Below, one piece after another: positions 10,848 to 20,484 of a stretch of 64,000 bases of DNA. Origin of the DNA: Eudoraea algarum (GTDB taxonomy: Bacteria; Bacteroidota; Bacteroidia; Flavobacteriales; Flavobacteriaceae); NCBI RefSeq assembly GCF_050589645.1, contig NZ_JBNGOQ010000003.1, positions 392,277-456,276 of the forward strand, read 5' to 3'. Made by a program: the position numbers and the translations under genes. Position 1 is the first letter of the stretch. The number at the start of each line of letters is the position of its first letter. A model generated the notes under the pieces. That model was not told the origin of the DNA. It saw nothing but the letters and a program-made list of their open reading frames with translations, and made no database searches.

Positions 10848-11339
10848 TTATTTATTTTGCATCAATTTTTTTAATTTCTCTTTTATCCTACTAATTCTAG
10901 TTCCTACGTTGGTTGTAGTGAAACCAATTATTTCGCCAATTTCATCGTAACTTTTGTTCTCCAGATAGAGCATAATAATCCCTCTCTCTAAATTGTTTAA
11001 CCTTTTAATGGTTTCATACAGCTTTTCTATTTGTTGTTCCTCAGTGTTATCACTAACATCAGTTCGCTGGAATAGTTTCTCATCGATTTCAATTCCACTG
11101 GTAATTGTTCTTTTTTTCTTTTTGATATAAACCATAGCAGTATTCAATGCTACGCGATACATCCAAGTGCTGAATTTGGACCTACCACTAAATGAACCAA
11201 AAGACCGCCATAACTGGTATATCATCTCCTGTCTTAAATCCTGCGCATCTACCTGAGAATTTGTGTACAAGGTTGATACCTTGAAAAGGATACCATCATT
11301 ATCATTTATGAATTGAACAAATTGTTCTTGGTTAGGCAT
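10848..11339 (-). CDS. RNA polymerase sigma-70 factor, ECF subfamily
   Basis: Sigma-70 region 2 (FSGRSKFSTWMYRVALNTA) and region 4 (YDEIGEIIGFTTTNVGTRISRIKEKL). Confidence 0.75.
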   Translation of the reverse strand: MPNQEQFVQFINDNDGILFKVSTLYTNSQVDAQDLRQEMIYQLWRSFGSFSGRSKFSTWMYRVALNTAMVYIKKKKRTITSGIEIDEKLFQRTDVSDNTEEQQIEKLYETIKRLNNLERGIIMLYLENKSYDEIGEIIGFTTTNVGTRISRIKEKLKKLMQNK

Positions 11340-11400
11340 TCAGAAAATGGATTGTTTATTTTATTAGTATTACAAAGTCTAAAAAAATCACAATTAATAC

Positions 11401-11700
11401 TCATTTTTTTGAGACAAATACTTCTAATTTTTTAAAGCCCTTTTCTCTGTAAGGCACTAGTTTTTTGTACTCCTCACTAGAAAATAATTTAACAAAGGCT
11501 TCTTGACTTGGGAATTCCACTACCATTATAAAGTCCGGTTTTTCATCACCAACAATAGTTTGGGCTATGGGATATTTCTCTACAACTGTAGCATCAACTG
11601 TTTCGTAAAGCGTACGCATATTGGTTGCATAATGGTCGAAAGATTCCCGTTCTTGAGGGTTTACAAATCCAATGATGATAAGAAAGATTTTAAAATTCAT
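11401..11700 (-). CDS. DUF1330-like (Dabb-fold) protein
   Basis: 99 aa; VVEFPSQEAFVKLFSSEEYKKLVPYR resembles the DUF1330 core. Confidence 0.4.
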   Translation of the reverse strand: MNFKIFLIIIGFVNPQERESFDHYATNMRTLYETVDATVVEKYPIAQTIVGDEKPDFIMVVEFPSQEAFVKLFSSEEYKKLVPYREKGFKKLEVFVSKK

Positions 11701-11894
11701 TCTTTGTGTTTTTATTATTCAAGATATAAGTGTACACTTTATCCAAAAAATCACAATTGATATGAATAAATTTTCAGTTATATGTTTTTTGGCATTTTAG
11801 CATCTTAAATAGGAAGAGAGTAATTAATGAGTTAATGATGCCAAAAAGGATTATAAGCGCATAGAATGAAATAATTATTTTACAGCTTAAAATA

Positions 11895-11930
11895 AAGGTC
11901 TAGATTAATTTAATCTAGACCTTTAAAAAA
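11895..11930 (-). terminator. Perfect 14-bp hairpin (AAAGGTCTAGATTAA/TTAATCTAGACCTTT) flanked by A/T runs; likely terminator of the dehalogenase-like gene
   Basis: Seen directly in the sequence. Confidence 0.4.
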
Positions 11931-12100
11931 CATCAACCACCATCAATCAAAAAACATATTGCAGTTTTCTTTTTTAATAACTTTATCTTTTTTGTTTATA
12001 AAGTGTTCACAGAATTAAAAAAGAGTAACATTATATTATAGCTTCATAATATGAATATTTTAAAGATATCTTGCTTGTGTTTGCATTCCAACTTAAACTG

Positions 12101-13249
12101 TCATAAATTGTCTAACCAGTTACTTATCGCAACTGCGGCCTCTTCTGCTGCTCCGTTGGTTTCATTTTGCCAGTAGTGTAGAGATGGCTTAATCATATCA
12201 TACACCGAAACATTATCTATGTTTTGCCATCCACCTACCTGACCAGATACACTACCTGTTACTACATTTCTCATGGTAATGGGAAGATTGGAAATAGGGT
12301 CCACGGCACCTGGTGGGGCAAAGTCTCCTGACAAGACAAAACTTGGATTTCCAAAAAGGACTAAGCGAGGTTTATCAGTCTGCTGAAAATACTGTGCGAT
12401 TTCAATAAAGTCTGCTCTGTTTTGGTCATTAATTTCCAAAATTCCTAAACAGTCCCTATCAAAATGTAGAGCTTGTCGGGATTCAGGTGTTAGAAATGGC
12501 GACCGAAACTCAGTCACTTCATCCTCATTTAATTGTACAATACTAGTTCGACCAAAAGCTGGGTCTGGCATTCCATTAAAATCATTATTAAGTAATAAGG
12601 TTTCTATAAAAAAGTTGTCTTCCAAAACCAATTGGTCAGCATTAGGACCTCGCAATTCTTGAAGAAATGGTGGAAGAAAATCTTTAGGAAATGGTCCAGA
12701 AAATACTACCTCAAACATTGCTGCTGCATCCACTTTTTCAGGGTATCTTGCAGCAAATAATCCTCCAACAAACCCACCCATATCGTGATTGAGTAATCTT
12801 ACCTTTGGTAGATTAAGTGCCTCAACAAATTCATTAATGTATTCCACATATTCACCAGAACATGGTGTACCACCTGTTTTTTCGGATTTCCCAAAGTTTG
12901 GAAGGTCTATCGCAATAACACGATTATTTCTTGATAGTTCAGGAATCATCTTTCGCCATAGATAACTACTTGTTGGAAGTCCATGGACCATAATTAGGGG
13001 TATCTCGCCCTCCCCTTCGTCCAAATAATGCATTTCCAGACCTGACTCTAGAATAATGAAGTTTGATAGATATGGATAATTTGCGAATGCTATTTGTCTA
13101 TTTTTATTTACGCTATCATCATCACTATTACATGAAATAAAAACGACAGTAAAAATTACTAGGATTATTGAAAGGACAGATGTCTTGACCATGTTAGATA
13201 ATTTTTTCATTGTTTGGAGTTTGTTTATATATGACATTTCGACAATCAC
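12101..13249 (-). CDS. Haloalkane dehalogenase-like alpha/beta hydrolase lipoprotein
   Basis: Lipoprotein signal (VVFISCNSDDD); IMVHGLPTSSYLWRKMIPEL...IDLPNFGKSEK is typical of alpha/beta-hydrolase fold-1 / haloalkane dehalogenases. Confidence 0.6.
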   Translation of the reverse strand: MIVEMSYINKLQTMKKLSNMVKTSVLSIILVIFTVVFISCNSDDDSVNKNRQIAFANYPYLSNFIILESGLEMHYLDEGEGEIPLIMVHGLPTSSYLWRKMIPELSRNNRVIAIDLPNFGKSEKTGGTPCSGEYVEYINEFVEALNLPKVRLLNHDMGGFVGGLFAARYPEKVDAAAMFEVVFSGPFPKDFLPPFLQELRGPNADQLVLEDNFFIETLLLNNDFNGMPDPAFGRTSIVQLNEDEVTEFRSPFLTPESRQALHFDRDCLGILEINDQNRADFIEIAQYFQQTDKPRLVLFGNPSFVLSGDFAPPGAVDPISNLPITMRNVVTGSVSGQVGGWQNIDNVSVYDMIKPSLHYWQNETNGAAEEAAVAISNWLDNL

Positions 13250-13315
13250 TTTATCTTAAGTGAAATTGTGAAGAAGAAATGGGAGCCAAAATAGCCCCAA
13301 ATTCAAAGTTGTTTA

Positions 13316-14137
13316 TTACTCTTGAAAGGAGAACTTTGTAAAGACAAAGTCAGCTTTTGCTACTGCGCTCATCATCAGAGGCGCTGCTTTCGTTTTAAAT
13401 TCTTTATTAGCAAATAGTTTTTCATTATCCTCAACGCTATCCCATTCTATTATAAACTGCATCTGTGGTTCGTAGGTAGCTTGACCTTTGGAATCTGTTG
13501 AGATAAGTCTAAGTACAAATTCGGGATACGTACCACCATAATTACGCTTTATGGGTTCTGATACTTCAAAATACTTTTTAATGCTTGTCTGAGCTTGTTC
13601 ACCGGCTTTCAGGTCTACACCTCCAAATTCATAGACTTTATCAGAACGAAATGTCACAATTTTGTCTTTTGCCACCTCGAAGTAGCCAAGATTCATTGTA
13701 TTGATGGCTTCATCTCTGATAGGTGCAATTTTCTTGTACTGTTTGTTCTTCAAAAATTTTAGTCTAGATTCTGCAGTAGGCCATTCGAATATGGCTACCA
13801 TATTTCCTGGTAAAGACTTGCTCTTATTTTTAACTACACCAAAACCGCCAATCATTTTTCCACCATATTGGGCTGCCAATTCCAGAGCTTTTGGAAAATA
13901 TTGTTTATTTAATTGTTCCATCTTGTCTGGTTTGATGTCTGCAAAGGCTAGTTCGTACACTTTTCCTTTTTTAAATAATATAGCTTGAGTCTTTACATCA
14001 TGAGATTCACTGTTTTCAATTTTGGCGTTGGCTACTTTTTTTGGCAACAGTAGCATTGCTACATATTGGTTCTGTGCAATATTATTTTGAACAATAAATA
14101 GTACTGACAAAAATGTTGCTAGTGATAAGAATTTCAT
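13316..14137 (-). CDS. Secreted protein with two tandem DUF1330-like domains
   Basis: Signal peptide; two internal repeats of about 110 aa resembling 11401..11700 (..IIEWDSVEDNEKLFANKEFK..). Confidence 0.35.
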   Translation of the reverse strand: MKFLSLATFLSVLFIVQNNIAQNQYVAMLLLPKKVANAKIENSESHDVKTQAILFKKGKVYELAFADIKPDKMEQLNKQYFPKALELAAQYGGKMIGGFGVVKNKSKSLPGNMVAIFEWPTAESRLKFLKNKQYKKIAPIRDEAINTMNLGYFEVAKDKIVTFRSDKVYEFGGVDLKAGEQAQTSIKKYFEVSEPIKRNYGGTYPEFVLRLISTDSKGQATYEPQMQFIIEWDSVEDNEKLFANKEFKTKAAPLMMSAVAKADFVFTKFSFQE

Positions 14138-14329
14138 ATTTTTCTTTTTTTCTATGTTTTATAATTTTCTTTTTTTCTATACTTAAATAGAAGACAAGTA
14201 TATTTTGAACAAACATAGCCGCTTAAATTTTCGCTACATTATTTATGTGGACAATGGGGAAATTTGATTAAGCATAAAGAATGAAGAGTGGTAATCGGGA
14301 AATATGGGGTAAATGGGAACTTTTTTTTG

Positions 14330-16084
14330 CTAGTTCTGCTTTATAATGTACTCTTTGAGTAATTTATATCTTGCCCTTGATACGGGTATTTGGATTGGGA
14401 TGTCTGGACTTTTAAAATAGGATGTTTTGGAATTACCATAAAGCACTAAATGGTTATTAAGGTTTATAATAAATGATTTGTGGCACCGTTGTATATAATC
14501 GAAACCCCTTAACTGAGACTGAATACTTTTAAGAGTTGCCCTTAAAGTCCTTTTCTCTATTGTACCCATGTTTTTCCAATATAGAGTTGAATAATTGTCA
14601 TTTCCTTCTGCGTACAGAATCTTTTGCGGGTCTATTTCAAATGTCTCTGAGGTTTGCGTATTAATGGTGATTATTTGCGATGGCTTCTCCCTTTGATTTG
14701 TCTTATAAGTTGAATTATCTAGGTTAATTAAATGTAACAAGCTTGTATATTTAAATGTGTTTCTTATTGTATCAAAAATCGGATTACATAAAAACTCACC
14801 AGGAAGTAGACCTAGATTAAACCTAATGCTTCTTTCAATGTGTTTGAAAAACTCTTTTTCTTGATTAAACCCTAACCTGATAATCCCAATGGCATAATTG
14901 AAAAGTCCAGTATTTTGTTGTAAATCTAAATCTCGAACTTCATTTTCTAGTTGCATTGCTTCAGCATAGAAGCCAGATTTTGCAAAAGCAAAAGCCAAGT
15001 ATGCATAATAAATAGGATTATTTTTTTCGGTCTCCTTACAATATTTGAAATCTTCAATTGAACTTTCGATATGCCCCAGAAAGAGATTTGTCAATCCACG
15101 TAATTCAATAATAGGATGAGCATTCTTGTCAATTTTTAAAGCATCAGTGATGTACTTTTTAGCATTGACATAGTCCTTCATATAAATAAGGATTCGAATC
15201 ATCATTGCATAATGAGGTATTGCTAACCCTTCTTCTCTAATGGTTATTTCAGCATGATGCTTTGCTTTGTTGAACTGTTTTTTATGAATATGGTTCATTG
15301 CAGAAGCATGATGTGCCTTAATGTTTTCGCTATTCAATTTTAGTGCTTGTGTCAAGTTAATTTCTGCCTGATGAAAATTCCTATCAAAAAAAATATCGAT
15401 AAAAGCAGCAGAGACGTAAGATTCGGACCTTTTATTATTTAAAACCAAAGAACGATTGGAAAATTTTCTACCAGTTTCAAAAGCCAAAATAGGATTGTCA
15501 TATCCCATGATACCAATAATACTATAACAGTCAGCTATTGCTGAATGTGATACTGCCAGGGACTTGTTTTCTTTTATAGACTTTTTGAAAAAAGAAATAG
15601 CCAAAAGCATTTCTGGATACGTATACCGATGCCAATGATACAATCCTCTTAAATAATATTCTCTAGCTTTTGTCTTATCACTTGTGTCTTTAAATGAAAA
15701 GTTAGATTCACCACCATCTATAATATTCAAGACATTCTTTACAATCAATTTAACCGATATAGTCCATTTTTCTATTTGAACCAAAGTGTCAAAAGCCAAC
15801 AGTTCCTCTTTGGTATCTATCTTAAACAACCGAGTAAAAATTATGTACTCACCATTGATTTGTTTTAGGTTACCTTCTATAAGATAGTCTACTTGATGCT
15901 CGGTTTTTAATTTTTCTAAGGGGATGGGATTAGCTTTGACATATAAACTAGTAGTCCTTGAAGCCGTTTTTATTTGGGAAGATTTTGAAATAAGGTAAAT
16001 AGATTCTTCCAAAATACCCTCTGATAGATGGTGTAAATCATCAAGTTTATCAATATGGTATGGAAGTATAAGTACTTTTTTCAA
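14330..16084 (-). CDS. LytTR-family DNA-binding regulator with an N-terminal small domain and central TPR repeats
   Basis: C-terminal LytTR motif (YIQRCHKSFIINLNNHLV); TPR-like helical repeats in the middle. Confidence 0.6.
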   Translation of the reverse strand: MKKVLILPYHIDKLDDLHHLSEGILEESIYLISKSSQIKTASRTTSLYVKANPIPLEKLKTEHQVDYLIEGNLKQINGEYIIFTRLFKIDTKEELLAFDTLVQIEKWTISVKLIVKNVLNIIDGGESNFSFKDTSDKTKAREYYLRGLYHWHRYTYPEMLLAISFFKKSIKENKSLAVSHSAIADCYSIIGIMGYDNPILAFETGRKFSNRSLVLNNKRSESYVSAAFIDIFFDRNFHQAEINLTQALKLNSENIKAHHASAMNHIHKKQFNKAKHHAEITIREEGLAIPHYAMMIRILIYMKDYVNAKKYITDALKIDKNAHPIIELRGLTNLFLGHIESSIEDFKYCKETEKNNPIYYAYLAFAFAKSGFYAEAMQLENEVRDLDLQQNTGLFNYAIGIIRLGFNQEKEFFKHIERSIRFNLGLLPGEFLCNPIFDTIRNTFKYTSLLHLINLDNSTYKTNQREKPSQIITINTQTSETFEIDPQKILYAEGNDNYSTLYWKNMGTIEKRTLRATLKSIQSQLRGFDYIQRCHKSFIINLNNHLVLYGNSKTSYFKSPDIPIQIPVSRARYKLLKEYIIKQN

Positions 16085-16267
16085 ATCAATATCAATTTTA
16101 CTTAATAAAACCTAATTAAAGATTAATAGCTCGAACTTAACATAAAAAATACATTTAGTTTTCATTGTTGCCTCTTGAATTTCATAAAAACCTTTTGATG
16201 CACCCTATATGAAAAATGAAGTCTGGAGATTTTTTTAGAGAGCTTCTGGATAATTTTTCAAACCGAA

Positions 16268-16768
16268 TCAGAAAAGTAGTTTTTTAACTTTTTCAAGAAA
16301 CAATTCAACGGCAACACCAAAGCCCAATTCGTCGGGTTCTATAAATAATCGGATTTTCCTATGAGGAGAAGAAGAATTTTCATAGTCAACATCAAAAATA
16401 AGAACTTCTGGGACTATTATTGATAATTTGGTAGTTTCGAAGAATCCGATTTCCCGAAATCTATCTTGTTGTATACTCCAAATACCACTATTGGAATATA
16501 CTGTATCATTTCTAACAAGTCGGTACTCCATGTTGTTGAAGTCATTGAAACTAAAATTACCCAAATTCCCAACCTCATCAACTACTGCAAGTCCATTAAG
16601 TCCATTTTCAATAAACTCACCATAAAATGACTTGATTTGCACAACTTCCCATTGTCCGATAAGGAAATCAACATCATTTTGGAGGTCATCTGGTCGGCAG
16701 GAAGCAAAACAAAAAATCAGCAGAGCCATTATAGAGGGTAAGCTGCGATATAAAATTTTAAAGTTCAT
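16268..16768 (-). CDS. Lipocalin-like lipoprotein, hypothetical
   Basis: Lipobox LIFCFASC; 166 aa. Confidence 0.35.
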   Translation of the reverse strand: MNFKILYRSLPSIMALLIFCFASCRPDDLQNDVDFLIGQWEVVQIKSFYGEFIENGLNGLAVVDEVGNLGNFSFNDFNNMEYRLVRNDTVYSNSGIWSIQQDRFREIGFFETTKLSIIVPEVLIFDVDYENSSSPHRKIRLFIEPDELGFGVAVELFLEKVKKLLF

Positions 16769-16965
16769 TCTTTTTCTTTTTATGGTGCACCAGTATTTGT
16801 ATTCTGAATTGACAGAAAATCACATATTTTCATTTTTCTTGAGAATATCGATGTATTTATACTCCTCAGAAAAGTTAAAATTTTAAAGAGGTCAGATTTT
16901 TTTTGGTATTATTTATCCTTACCGGGAACTAATGGATATATAGATTAATCTTAAAAGTATAAAGT

Positions 16966-17400
16966 ATGAAATCTAAAAAAAATGCTCACTTATTTTTGAT
17001 ACTAAGCTTGTTACTAATTACAGGATGTAATAATGAGGATGATTCAAATTCAACTAAGATAAACCCTGTTCCATTGGTCTTCAATGGGGATTTTGATTCA
17101 GATAAATCTAAACTAGACGATTTGTTAAATGATATTAAAACTATATCCAGCAGTGTAATTTGAACTACATCCGAGGATTGGCTTATTACTCCTATCGGGA
17201 CAAAATCTTGTGGAGGTCCATCAGGATATTTGGCATATTCAAAGAAAATCGATATGTCACTTTTTGCAGAATATGTTGAGATTTATAGAATCAGTGAGGA
17301 TATATTCAATAGGAAATGGGAAATTATATCCACTTGTGATATTGAACCAGAACCGATTGGAGTTAAGTGCGAAAATGGGACTGCTATATTAGTATTTTAA
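16966..17400 (+). pseudogene. Lipoprotein gene interrupted by an in-frame TGA at 17161-17163. The same frame stays open for 79 more codons (TTSEDWLITPIGTKSCGGPSGYLAY...ENGTAILVF*).
   Basis: Lipobox LLITGC; no start codon downstream of the TGA; a 79-codon open frame in roughly 30% GC DNA is unlikely by chance. Confidence 0.4.
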
Positions 17401-17459
17401 AGTGCAATAGTTATATGAAGAATATATTAATTAGGTTTTTTATTAATATACCTGGTCAT

Positions 17460-17822
17460 CTAGGGTTTTGGTAATCTCGGATAAAACTGTACTAGAGTAT
17501 CCTTTCGTTCGATTAGCATGATTTTACATTCATCTACAGAAGATACGCGATGGTTAATTCCTTTTTGAACTACAAATAAGTCACCGGTATTCATATAAAA
17601 TGCCTTTGATGATTCTATTTCCATTAATAGCTTTCCTTCTAATAAATAGAACAGCTTGTCACTGTTTTCGTGATTGTGCCATGGAACTTTATCTCCTTTT
17701 ATCTTAACCACTTTAATATACTCATTATTAAGAGAGGCAATAATCTTAGGTGAGAACCAATCTTCTAGCAAGTGTGATTCATATAGTGCGTTCTTATTGA
17801 TATTTGACTTTTTCACAACCAA
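17460..17822 (-). CDS. Cupin domain protein
   Basis: WHNHENSDKLFYLLEGKL cupin motif. Confidence 0.6.
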   Translation of the reverse strand: MVVKKSNINKNALYESHLLEDWFSPKIIASLNNEYIKVVKIKGDKVPWHNHENSDKLFYLLEGKLLMEIESSKAFYMNTGDLFVVQKGINHRVSSVDECKIMLIERKDTLVQFYPRLPKP

Positions 17823-17939
17823 TTAGTTAATGTTCATATCAAAAAATCACAGCATACATTTATTATATCTTTTCTAAAAACTAAAAAGTGTGATTTTATT
17901 TCCTCAAACTAAACTAATGAGATTGATAAGATTGGATAT

Positions 17940-18395
17940 ATGAATATTCGGAGTGCAACATTACAGGATAAAGAGAAGATTATTGAACTAGTGAAAACTG
18001 GGCTCAAAGAATTTGGGTTTGAGTACTCATCCACAACTTCAGAGTTAGACCTAGAGGACTTTGCCGAGGTTTACTTAAACATTGAAAACACTTTTTTAAT
18101 TATGGAAACTTCTCAGGGTAAATTGGCAGCTACCGGTGCATTACTAAAAGAAAGAAATCATGATAGTTATAAAATCCAGAAAATGTATGTTTCCAAAATG
18201 TATAGAGGACTAGGGTACGGTAAATTAATGCTGGAGCAATTTATACAATTAGCAAAAAGTAATAAGGCTCAAATTATTTTATTAGAAACTTCCAATCATA
18301 TGAAAACTGCTATTGGTTTATACAAAAGTTACGGTTTTAAAGAAACCTGTGTGATTCCTAAATCTCCTCGTTACAATATTACAATGACAAAATAA
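17940..18395 (+). CDS. GNAT family N-acetyltransferase
   Basis: YRGLGYGKLMLEQFIQLAK acetyl-CoA binding motif. Confidence 0.7.
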   Translation: MNIRSATLQDKEKIIELVKTGLKEFGFEYSSTTSELDLEDFAEVYLNIENTFLIMETSQGKLAATGALLKERNHDSYKIQKMYVSKMYRGLGYGKLMLEQFIQLAKSNKAQIILLETSNHMKTAIGLYKSYGFKETCVIPKSPRYNITMTK

Positions 18396-18469
18396 ATATG
18401 ATTTTTTGTGATTTTATACAAAAACTACATACTAATAGGGCAAGAAAAATATTTTAAATCTAAAAAATT

Positions 18470-18574
18470 ATGAATCAGAATAAGACAATTACGACATCGA
18501 AAACAGTAAATAGAATCTTACTTTTTATTTTGAGCGCTATAGGATTTGCACTATGGTTTTGGTTATTCACCTAA
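18470..18574 (+). CDS. Small single-TM protein (34 aa, MNQNKTITTSKTVNRILLFILSAIGFALWFWLFT), immediately upstream of the XRE HTH gene
   Basis: Below the ORF-track size cutoff; a GTGATTTT motif lies about 55 nt upstream; 15-nt gap to the HTH gene. Confidence 0.25.
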   Translation: MNQNKTITTSKTVNRILLFILSAIGFALWFWLFT

Positions 18575-18588
18575 AGGATTTTTAAAGT

Positions 18589-18786
18589 TTGATGATTAAT
18601 CGAATAAAAGAGTATCGAAAGATTAATAATTTTTCACAACAAAAATTAGCTTCAATACTTAATATTTCAAGACAAACACTTTCTAATATAAAGAATCAAA
18701 AGCAGGTTCCCTCTTTGATAATAGGACTTAAATTATCAAGAGTATTTAGTGTAGATGTTAATGGGCTTTTTCAACTAAAACCTTAG
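18589..18786 (+). CDS. XRE-family (YozG-like) helix-turn-helix transcriptional regulator
   Basis: 65 aa; HTH QQKLASILNISRQTLSNIKN. Confidence 0.6.
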   Translation: MMINRIKEYRKINNFSQQKLASILNISRQTLSNIKNQKQVPSLIIGLKLSRVFSVDVNGLFQLKP

Positions 18787-18791
18787 GAATA

Positions 18792-19502
18792 ATGAGAGTT
18801 TTAGGACCAATTGGTGGTATTAGTTGGGTGTCAACAAGAGATTATTATATACAAATAAATAAAGGAATAAATGCACAATTAGGCAATCTAAACTACGCTG
18901 AATGCATGATTTATTCTTTTAATTATCAGAAAATTAAAGATAATAATGATGCAAATGATTGGAATTCCACTTTGAAGATGGTCGTTATTGCTTCAAAAAA
19001 ACTGGAAAAAAGCGGTGCCAAGGGTATAGTCCTTTGTGCAAATACAATCCATTTTATTGCTGACCAAATTGGAAAAGAAATTAATATTCCTATAATTCAT
19101 ATTGCTACATCTACAGCTCTAGAAATCAAAAGAAATGGATTGAGAAAGATTGGTCTTTTAGGAACAAAGTTTACGATGGAATATGATTTTTTCAAATCTA
19201 AACTAGATGAGCAAGGAATAGAAGTGTTGATTCCGAAAAGTATTTCAAATAAGGAATTTATTCATGATACTATCTTTAGCGAACTGGGAAAAGGCATAAT
19301 CAGAACAAAAACTAAAGAGAAGTATTTATCAATTATTAAAGAATTAATAAATGATGGAGCTGAAGGAATTATAGCAGGATGTACAGAGATACCGCTGTTA
19401 ATTAAAGAATCTGATATTTGATTGCCTTTTTTTGATACAACCAAAATTCATGCCGAAGCCGCCGTAAAATTTGCTCTATCTGATGAAAAAACTACCTCAT
19501 AG
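18792..19502 (+). pseudogene. Aspartate/glutamate racemase family protein (YgeA-like), truncated by an in-frame TGA at 19419-19421. The conserved C-terminus (LPFFDTTKIHAEAAVKFAL) continues in frame to a TAG at 19500-19502.
   Basis: Both catalytic motifs are present (VLCANTIHF...; GCTEIPLL). The post-TGA peptide matches the canonical racemase C-terminus (..LPVFDTAAIHAEDAV..). Confidence 0.55.
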
Positions 19503-19532
19503 TTTTTGTAGAATAATATAAAAAAGGTTTAT

Positions 19533-20435
19533 ATGAAAATGAAGCAATTAGTTGATGAGAAATTTAATTCATTGATAAAACTAATAGTTTTTAGCTTTAT
19601 TATCGGTATTTCCGCTAACTCTTGTATCAATCAGAGTTCGAAAAATAAGAATAATCAAATGAATGTAATGGACAGCACAGAAACCAAGGAAAATATACTT
19701 TTTATTCATGGATTTCCAATGAGTTCTTCTATATGGAAATCTCAAGTAAGCGCTTTAAATAAGGATTATAATTGCTATGCAATTGATTTACCCGGATATG
19801 GTAAAAACTTGAGTCAATACGAGTTCAATCACTCTATAAACTCATATTCCGATTATGTTTATCAATATATTAATGATAATAACCTTGCTCCTGTACATAT
19901 AGTAGGAATGTCCATGGGAGGGTCTATAACGTTAAATATGTCTCGTCGTTATAATAACATTCTGAAAAGTATGACCGTAATACATACTAGTGCTATAATA
20001 GATACTGATGAAGATAAGAGGAAAAGAGATATTACGATTGCTGGTATTGAAAAAGGTGGATTATTGGAGTTTATTGATGACTTTGCCGACCGTTTATTAA
20101 GCCCAAAATCAAAGGATGAGATAAGACAGAAATATATTTGTCAAATGCGTGAAGCCTCTCAGGAAGTTGTTATTGCTGGTTACAAAGCCATTCGAAATAG
20201 AGAAGATGAATCATCTAACCTTTCAAATTTAAAAATCCCTGTTTTAGTGGTTGCTGGGAATGATGACATAGGTTCTACGCCTGAAGAAATGAAAGAAATT
20301 GCAGAGGCTATACCAAATTCAACTTTCAAAATTATATCAGACTGTGGACATGTTGCTCCTTTAGAACAGCCACAAAGATTAAATGAAATTCTTTCTGAAT
20401 GGTACAATAATATAATAAATGTGGAGAAACCTTAG
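19533..20435 (+). CDS. Alpha/beta hydrolase
   Basis: HGFPMSSSIWKSQV...; GMSMGG nucleophile elbow. Confidence 0.6.
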   Translation: MKMKQLVDEKFNSLIKLIVFSFIIGISANSCINQSSKNKNNQMNVMDSTETKENILFIHGFPMSSSIWKSQVSALNKDYNCYAIDLPGYGKNLSQYEFNHSINSYSDYVYQYINDNNLAPVHIVGMSMGGSITLNMSRRYNNILKSMTVIHTSAIIDTDEDKRKRDITIAGIEKGGLLEFIDDFADRLLSPKSKDEIRQKYICQMREASQEVVIAGYKAIRNREDESSNLSNLKIPVLVVAGNDDIGSTPEEMKEIAEAIPNSTFKIISDCGHVAPLEQPQRLNEILSEWYNNIINVEKP

Positions 20436-20484
20436 TGTAGGTATAAACTACCCCAAGATAGTTTAACTCAAAATAAAATATACT

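Noticed and set aside
16966-19502. TGA recoding (selenocysteine or an alternative genetic code) as the explanation for the two in-frame TGAs
   Set aside because: TGA is used as a genuine terminator elsewhere in the same island (TGA-TAA tandem at 6953-6958; TGA stops at 6940 and 821). I see no SECIS-like hairpin immediately downstream, and TAA/TAG/TGA all occur as stops. Nonsense mutation is more parsimonious.
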